Source: Patescibacteria group bacterium
Lineage (GTDB): Bacteria > Patescibacteriota > Microgenomatia > UBA1400 > PJMF01
DNA length: 64,000 bases
Assembly: GCA_039934415.1 (NCBI GenBank)
Contig: JBDTME010000006.1
Location: 17,206 to 81,205 of the forward strand
Direction of reading: 5' to 3'
Positions 58,331 through 64,000 of the stretch are shown here, in pieces (the stretch's first letter is position 1; every line of letters begins with the position of its first letter). Below the pieces are notes generated by a model. The model worked only from the letters and a program-made list of their open reading frames with translations, did no database searches and was not told the DNA's origin. The position numbers and the translations under genes were made by a program.

Positions 58331-59227
58331 ATGACAAGAAAAACGTTAAAAAAACTACCGTTGTTGGTACTTTTTCTAGCAATGAGTCTTTTAGCTGGTG
58401 GGTTTGTGCTGAGATCTAAAGCACAAACACAAGTAATACAGATCTGGGATCAGAATTTAGAACAAATAAAAGCCCTGACAGAAGCTTCTAACAACGATCC
58501 GAAATACCGTGAACACAATTCACAAGCCAGCAAGGATTTATCAGATGAGCTCTGTTCATTCACTACGCGTCCTGCTGAAGAGCGAGAAAAAGCAGTGGGT
58601 GCTATTCGTGATTTCTTGGAAATGCCAACAGCTGAAATAAAGTATGAATGTAACGATGCCTTTTATGACTTAGAAAGTGATCGCTTTATTCAAGCAAAGA
58701 GTGAGACTTATTCCCTAGACAAGACTTACTTCATTGTGAATTTTGTAACAAACCATATCATTCAAGTTGAAGAGACTCCTGGAACCTGGGGATATAAAAC
58801 AGATGGGACTAGGTGGTTTAGTGAACAAAAAACCTATGACTATTCAAGGAACCTCTCTCAGAAAGACGCTGAACAACTTGCGAGAAACTTTATTGCTAGA
58901 CGCCAAATGGCTTTGGGGAGCATCGATCTGAGTAAACTAAAGCTAGAGACTGGCAAAAAAGATGTTGGTAATGGCCAAATAAATTATTTCTTCATTTGGA
59001 AGGGAGAGTCTAAAACAGTTCATCTCGACCCTCCTGCTGAAACTTGTAGTCAAGATTTGGATAAGAAGGCAGAAGGTTTGTACCTTAATGGCAATGGAGT
59101 ACCCTGTATAAAGCGGTACGAGTCTACAGAAACGCCAACGCTGAGCATTGCCTTCACCAACAGTGGTCAGCTGATTAACTTCTCCAATGAACTAGAGGGA
59201 CAAATTGGTAGGGCAAGGATGAGATGA
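58331..59227 (+). CDS. Secreted or membrane-anchored hypothetical protein
   Basis: GGAGG RBS, signal/TM N-terminus, four Cys. Confidence 0.8.
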   Translation: MTRKTLKKLPLLVLFLAMSLLAGGFVLRSKAQTQVIQIWDQNLEQIKALTEASNNDPKYREHNSQASKDLSDELCSFTTRPAEEREKAVGAIRDFLEMPTAEIKYECNDAFYDLESDRFIQAKSETYSLDKTYFIVNFVTNHIIQVEETPGTWGYKTDGTRWFSEQKTYDYSRNLSQKDAEQLARNFIARRQMALGSIDLSKLKLETGKKDVGNGQINYFFIWKGESKTVHLDPPAETCSQDLDKKAEGLYLNGNGVPCIKRYESTETPTLSIAFTNSGQLINFSNELEGQIGRARMR

Positions 59228-59528
59228 CGCTGTTTACCAACACTTTAATCAAAATGTGGGTGAGCTTTTTAGAAGCACAGCTCCAAATTATTAAACAGCT
59301 AATCAAGAAGTGAATGAATTTAGTCACAATTTTCGTACACATTTTGCCCACCCTAAAATTGAGGCCTAATTATTTCGTCAAAAATGTTACAGAAGAAATA
59401 CATCAGAAGCATACATTCTCGGCTTTTTAATCTCATAAATTGGTGATATATTATCCAGATAAAATCGAACAATTCTCCAGAGTAGCTGCGATAGAAGAAT
59501 TTACTCACAGAAATCTGATAAGGAAAAT

Positions 59529-60191
59529 ATGTCCAACATAGAACATTTGGAAGAAAGTATTGAAGCTCATCTAGAACAAGTAAGACAGGCTCTTGCCGAA
59601 TTTAGAGATAAATTTGCCGTTAGTTTTATCGTTAGCATTTCTGGCGGAGCTGAAGAGCATAATACAACTTATGCACATGATGTGATTTCTCAATTGATTG
59701 TTGGTCTGAAAAACTCTTCTTGCGCTATATTGACTGGTGGTACACAAGGAGGGATCCCCGAACTAGGAACCAGGATTGCCAGAGAACATAAGCTATCTAC
59801 AATTGCAGTTTTTCCTCCTAAAGCCAAAAAATATGTGCTCTTTAATGAGCTTGATTTGCCGATTGAGACACTCCCTCCTTCAGTTGGACCAGCTGGCTTT
59901 GGTTCTGAAACGCCTTCGTTTGCTCAATTACCTGATTATGCTGTGTTTATTGGTGGGTCGTATGGAACTTTGGCTGAGGTGAGCACAATGATGAAAGTAA
60001 ACACTAAACGTAAAAAGGATAATGTTGAGCCGATCTATATTGTTCCAATTGCTGGCTCTGAAGGAGTAGCTGCTTTAATCCCTTTGCTCGTACAACTAAA
60101 CCCCAGTCTTGCCTTCTGTTTGCCTGAGTTTGAATTAACAACCGGAGCAGCTGCGGCTGAATTTATTAAGGAGACTCAGAGTAAAAGATAA
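59529..60191 (+). CDS. SLOG/LOG-superfamily nucleotide-binding protein
   Basis: VSISGG, ILTGGTQGGIPE, FIGGSYGTLAEV. Confidence 0.8.
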   Translation: MSNIEHLEESIEAHLEQVRQALAEFRDKFAVSFIVSISGGAEEHNTTYAHDVISQLIVGLKNSSCAILTGGTQGGIPELGTRIAREHKLSTIAVFPPKAKKYVLFNELDLPIETLPPSVGPAGFGSETPSFAQLPDYAVFIGGSYGTLAEVSTMMKVNTKRKKDNVEPIYIVPIAGSEGVAALIPLLVQLNPSLAFCLPEFELTTGAAAAEFIKETQSKR

Positions 60192-60222
60192 ACTGTCTTT
60201 TGCTTATCAGTAGAAATGTACT

Positions 60223-61173
60223 ATGCCGCTTGTTGAAACCCCAAAAAGTTTGCTCTTGGACAAAGGACCGCTTACAAAATTACAAACAAATAAAACTGAT
60301 CTCTCGAATGCTGAAACAGAATACACAAATATTTGCACTGGCTTTGGTGTAGATCATGAGATTCCGGTCAGGATTGCAGTATATGCGCTTCCGGTACTTC
60401 AAATGGGAGAAAAATTTCTGCGAGCTCAAACTGAGTTTTATGTCGCGGAGGCTTTTGCCACAAAACTCAATGGTCTTGATCCCAATAAGGTGCAAGTTAA
60501 TATTGCCTTGATTAAAGAATACATTAAGCTTTTTAAAACGGAGTTATCTGTTGTAAATTCTCCAGTTTGGCTAGATGAGCGCGACCCCTTTGAAGTTCAG
60601 CGACATGCTCTGACAAAAGAATTGGCTAAAATATTAAGAGAGCATGGTTCAGAAAGAATAATTCGTTTTGCTGACAGTCGGAATGGCGATGAATCTCTGG
60701 CATATATAGCATCGCATGCCCTTTATATGTGGGACACTCTTAATGTTGACGAAGATAAATTCATCACTGAGAGAAATGTCTCTCCGCAATCATTATTGAT
60801 GGTTGGAGGACCAGCAGAAAAACTTTTTTTTGAAGCTCGGCAGTTGCTATTGAGTCACTTTCCTACAGTTTCAACTCGCTCTACAGTCCAAGGTTTTACC
60901 GAAATCGGTCGTCGTCCACCATATTATGCTGTTGATAGTGAAATGGTTGTTAATGGCAAGAATAATTTAAGAATTGGCTTTGAAGAAATCATGTCTATTT
61001 CTGATCCTGATGCACTTAGAGATTCGCTTTACCTGATTATCAGTTTGTCAGAAACCTTAACATTTGACGATATTCCTAGGGTGAAAAAGGGTCAAATCAA
61101 ACCTCAAGAGCTTGAAGATCTGACATCAGCTTGCAATAAGCTACAGAAGATTATTGCCCAACTAAGAAGCTGA
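60223..61173 (+). CDS. Hypothetical protein, possibly with a class-I aaRS-like (HUP) fold
   Basis: Motif order CTGFG / LAY...H..YMWD / MVGG..E..F...R / PPYY. Confidence 0.6.
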   Translation: MPLVETPKSLLLDKGPLTKLQTNKTDLSNAETEYTNICTGFGVDHEIPVRIAVYALPVLQMGEKFLRAQTEFYVAEAFATKLNGLDPNKVQVNIALIKEYIKLFKTELSVVNSPVWLDERDPFEVQRHALTKELAKILREHGSERIIRFADSRNGDESLAYIASHALYMWDTLNVDEDKFITERNVSPQSLLMVGGPAEKLFFEARQLLLSHFPTVSTRSTVQGFTEIGRRPPYYAVDSEMVVNGKNNLRIGFEEIMSISDPDALRDSLYLIISLSETLTFDDIPRVKKGQIKPQELEDLTSACNKLQKIIAQLRS

Positions 61174-61253
61174 AATGAATGCACGAGTTGTCTGATCTGG
61201 AGTGACCTCACCGGTTATCTTTCAACAGCTGTGCCGTATGGGCAGGATGGCTA

Positions 61254-61282
61254 TTGAATAAGGCTATTGATTTTAGTACAAT
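61254..61282 (+). promoter_or_regulatory. Sigma-70 promoter of the T-box leader
   Basis: TTGAAT-17bp-TACAAT. Confidence 0.75.
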
Positions 61283-61307
61283 ACTGGTTGTTTACAGTTG
61301 ATATAAA

Positions 61308-61530
61308 GCATTTGACTGGAGTCACGATCCAGAAGCTGCGAGTCAAAATACTCGACGGAAATTGAGCCGTAAAATACAATAGCCGATGTCGCGTATGCGG
61401 AGCCGGCCTGAGAGCTCAAGAATTAATATTCTTGAGAATAAGGATGGGACCGCGGGAGGTCCTTTTTTAATACCTCTCGTTCCTTAGTTATCACTCATTT
61501 GAGTGGTAGTTAATGAACGTGAGGTTTTTT
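61308..61530 (+). promoter_or_regulatory. T-box riboswitch (His), ultra-short Stem I, transcriptional attenuator
   Basis: Stem I CTGGA-gtCACga-TCCAG with TGA/AA kink; Stem III CTCAAGAAT/ATTCTTGAG; AAGGA-TGGGACC-GCG antiterminator; overlapping terminator 61472-61530. Confidence 0.88.
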
Positions 61531-61554
61531 GTTGCAAAAAAAGGAAAAATCTAT

Positions 61555-62337
61555 ATGAATAAAAAAATTGTTTATCAGCAACTTGAAGAAAAGTTTGTTA
61601 AATACAGAGACTTAATCAATATAGCTGTCAAAGAAAATAATGATGGTTTTGTAAGCCTGCGCCAAACAGAACCAAAGACTTATGAGGTTATAGGCAGATA
61701 TGAAACTTTAAGTGACATGAAAGAGAATTTTCCTTTAGTTCCGGTACGACAAGAAGTAAAAGATAAGCTTGATCAAGCAGATAAAGCTTTGAAAGAAATG
61801 AATCCCAATTTACAGCTAGTTGTTGCTTATGGTTATAGAAGTTTGGAAGTCCAACAAAATTATTTTGATATTCAAAAACAAAACTATTTAAAGAACCAAC
61901 CAGAAGATAATGATGAAGAAATTGACGAAATTATTCACCGTTTGATTGCAGTACCAAACGTAGCTGGTCACCCAACAGGAGGGGCAGTAGACGTTTTTAT
62001 TGAAGATACTAGAGATGGTACTAAACTTGATTTTGGAGTTCCAATTTTTACTTTCGACTCTAAAGATGCTTATTCGTTTTCTCCATATATTGGTAAGGAA
62101 GCTCAACAAAATAGATTTTTATTGAGAAAGATAATGACAGGACAAGGGTTTGCCCCCTACGATGGTGAGTGGTGGCACTTTTCTTTTGGTGATAAAGAAT
62201 GGGCTTTTTATTACAAAAAACCGTATGCAGTCTATGAGCAAAAAAGAGAAGAAGTTGTTTTCAAGTTTGCAGAGAATCAAATTCGGGTAAACAAAGAATA
62301 TACCCAGATTGGAGTGCAACAACTGTCTTTCCAATAA
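61555..62337 (+). CDS. VanX-like D,D-dipeptidase (peptidase M15D)
   Basis: YGYRSLEVQ, AGHPTGGAVDV, GF.PY.GEWWHFSFGD. Confidence 0.9.
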   Translation: MNKKIVYQQLEEKFVKYRDLINIAVKENNDGFVSLRQTEPKTYEVIGRYETLSDMKENFPLVPVRQEVKDKLDQADKALKEMNPNLQLVVAYGYRSLEVQQNYFDIQKQNYLKNQPEDNDEEIDEIIHRLIAVPNVAGHPTGGAVDVFIEDTRDGTKLDFGVPIFTFDSKDAYSFSPYIGKEAQQNRFLLRKIMTGQGFAPYDGEWWHFSFGDKEWAFYYKKPYAVYEQKREEVVFKFAENQIRVNKEYTQIGVQQLSFQ

Positions 62338-62389
62338 AAAGACGGGAAGACACGACAATTGACATTGTTTGATACCGATGTAAGATAAA

Positions 62390-62435
62390 AGGTGTTTACA
62401 GCACCTGCCCATTGCGAGCGAGGTGCTATTTTTTT
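62390..62435 (+). promoter_or_regulatory. Terminator-like hairpin with an alternative pairing, upstream of the racemase
   Basis: AGCACCT...AGGTGCT-ATTTTTTT; AGGTGT (62390-62395) competes for GCACCT; TTGACA-16-TAAGAT just upstream. Confidence 0.55.
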
Positions 62436-62462
62436 AACAAAAGTTTACAATTAAGAGGAAAT

Positions 62463-63311
62463 ATGTCATCGAGAGCAAAAGAAGCTGACAATCCAAGAAG
62501 AAAGGAATCTGAACCAATGCCACTGCAATACTCAGTTTTCCGACCAGGAGGCAATGACACCGCCTTAGTTGTTGGTGTGGAGCGTGATTCTGATAAGCGC
62601 AAGAAAATTAATGACCAAGTGATGAAACAACATTCAAATGTTGAACAAGTTGGTTTTGTGAACCTTGATAGAGATAATCCAGAACTGATGATGGCTGGAG
62701 GTGAATTTTGTGGTAATGCAACTCGTAGCACAGCGTGGCAGATTTTAACTGGAAAACCAGGAGAAGTATTAATGAAAGTCTCTGGAGTAGAGTCAAAGTT
62801 ACGAGCAGGGGTTGATGAAGAAGGAAATGCTTGGGCACAAATGCCTATTTATGCTGATCCTTCCAGAATTACATTTTTGGAAGACGGTAGAGCTGTGGTG
62901 GCTATGGAAGGCATCACTCATGTTGTCATGAACGATATTTATCCAGACGCTTCTCCTGAAGAACTCAAACCAATTGCTCTTAAATTATTGCAACAGCTAG
63001 GTTTAGATAAATCAGTGGCCGCATCAGGCGTTATGTTCTTAACTCCAACTGAGTCAGGTGTGAGCATGAGGCCCGTTGTGCTGGTCAGAGACATAAACAC
63101 ACTTTTTTATGAGACTGCTTGCGGTAGTGGTACGACTGCTGTTGGGCTTCTTGAAGCCCTCAAAAAGGGTGGTTCTATTGAATTGCCCGTCACTCAGCCA
63201 ACCGGTATGCCAATTAATATTAAGGTTTCTTTTGATGGGTCGAAGTTTGAGCAAGCTGTAATTTCTGGTCCAATAGAAGTACTCAATAATAACGAGGAGA
63301 TAACTGTATGA
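62463..63311 (+). CDS. DapF-fold two-cysteine racemase of the CntK/histidine-racemase type
   Basis: PGGNDT, EQVGFV, MAGGEFCGNATRS, KVSG, QMP, ETACGSGT, QP.G; motif set of S. aureus CntK rather than canonical DapF. Confidence 0.85.
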   Translation: MSSRAKEADNPRRKESEPMPLQYSVFRPGGNDTALVVGVERDSDKRKKINDQVMKQHSNVEQVGFVNLDRDNPELMMAGGEFCGNATRSTAWQILTGKPGEVLMKVSGVESKLRAGVDEEGNAWAQMPIYADPSRITFLEDGRAVVAMEGITHVVMNDIYPDASPEELKPIALKLLQQLGLDKSVAASGVMFLTPTESGVSMRPVVLVRDINTLFYETACGSGTTAVGLLEALKKGGSIELPVTQPTGMPINIKVSFDGSKFEQAVISGPIEVLNNNEEITV

Positions 63312-63886
63312 CAGATGAAAGAACAGGCAATCATAGTATCGACCGAGTCATGACGGCAGAAGAGCTCAACGAAGCGTTTAATAAAGGACTTATTGAGTTA
63401 TATCAGGCTGTGTTTGCAGATCCTCCTTATGAAGAGAAGTTCACACCAGAGGAAGTAAAAGATGTTTTGCAACTCTACTTTATGCAAGGCGTACTTATGT
63501 TATGTAGAGAAGATGCACAAAGCGTGATTGGTTTTTCAGCATCTGTGCCTTTAGTTTTAGAACAAGAAATTGCTACAATCGCTCAAAATTTTGACATTGA
63601 TCCAGAAACAGTGTGGTACTTTGCTGACTTAGGAGTGAGTAAAGAGCATCGTCGTAAAAAGATTGCTCAAAGCTTAGTTGTGGCTTTACTTGGTGAGACT
63701 CCAGTTGATACATTGCTCATGCGCACTTCAGAAAATAATATTGCTTCTCAAAGAGTTAACCAAAGTGTCGGCTTTGAAATAATTGATGGTATGGAGCAGC
63801 ATGTTCAACAGACCAGACAAAATGGTGAAGTAGAGTCGGATAGAAGAATCTTTCTGAAAAAACAAAAATCAGTCGTGCAAAGTTAA
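63308..63886 (+). CDS. GNAT N-acetyltransferase
   Basis: Y..VF..PPY.E, YFADLGVSKEHRRKKIA, N.AS......GF; ATGA-coupled to the racemase. Confidence 0.88.
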   Translation: MTDERTGNHSIDRVMTAEELNEAFNKGLIELYQAVFADPPYEEKFTPEEVKDVLQLYFMQGVLMLCREDAQSVIGFSASVPLVLEQEIATIAQNFDIDPETVWYFADLGVSKEHRRKKIAQSLVVALLGETPVDTLLMRTSENNIASQRVNQSVGFEIIDGMEQHVQQTRQNGEVESDRRIFLKKQKSVVQS

Positions 63887-63937
63887 CATTTTTTGGCATA
63901 ATCCTATAAATACATACAGCAACTAAAAAGGAAATAT

Positions 63938-64000
63938 ATGGCTAATAAAGAACGTAAAACTGGGAATCCTAGTGGTTTTAAGGACACTCTCCCTGGAGAA
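63938..64000 (+). CDS. Probable histidyl-tRNA synthetase (or HisZ) N-terminus, cut by the window end
   Basis: AAGGA RBS; MANKERKTGNPSGFKDTLPGE fits the HisS/HisZ P.G..D.LP motif; only 21 codons visible. Confidence 0.6.
   Translation, partial: MANKERKTGNPSGFKDTLPGE

Larger units (their letters stand above)
53771..59340. mobile_element. Integrative element at the tRNA-Ser 3' end (right boundary uncertain, may extend further)
   Basis: Recombinase abutting the tRNA, HTH replication-type protein, XRE regulator and small phage/ICE-type ORFs. Confidence 0.75.

Noticed and set aside
61321-61327. Val (GTC), Ser (TCA) or Thr (ACG) readings of the T-box specifier loop
   Set aside because: The TGGG bulge fits the C73 discriminator of tRNA-His, and the downstream genes are histidine-related.
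61555-62337. Vancomycin-resistance locus
   Set aside because: A VanX-like gene alone, with no vanA/vanH/vanRS, and under T-box control.
62463-63311. Staphylopine-type metallophore cluster or lysine-pathway dapF
   Set aside because: No CntL/CntM, metal transporter or dap/lys genes are visible, and the motifs differ from canonical DapF. Genes beyond the window cannot be excluded.
59228-64000. Duplicated tRNA-Ser 3' end marking attR
   Set aside because: No convincing direct repeat found by eye; only a 9-bp inverted match, kept as tentative.

Overview
A 64 kb stretch of a compact bacterial chromosome. The gene content suggests a CPR/Patescibacteria (Microgenomates-like) genome; this is an inference from the short IF2, the DnaJ lacking its zinc finger, the short SufD and the many apparently leaderless genes. 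Positions 1-53.7 kb are mostly housekeeping: dnaK/dnaJ, an FMN-riboswitch transporter plus riboflavin kinase, nusA-infB, rpsO-pnp, an interrupted suf cluster, pentose-phosphate genes, rnj, ftsK, an RND pump, tmRNA, tRNA-Val, dus and glycosyltransferases. Three accessory features stand out. (1) Two integrase-less single-cargo units sit in tandem at the tmRNA 3' end, each bounded by a 66-bp repeat that starts with the tmRNA 3'-end core and diverges like coding sequence. (2) A serine-recombinase element is inserted at tRNA-Ser(TGA), and its recombinase ORF reads through the tRNA antisense. (3) Near the window end, a transcription-attenuating T-box has an ultra-short Stem I, a His (CAC) specifier and a UGGG bulge. 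It precedes a VanX-like dipeptidase, a CntK-like histidine racemase, a GNAT and a probable hisS start, which makes it a candidate histidine-starvation-induced D-histidine salvage system.
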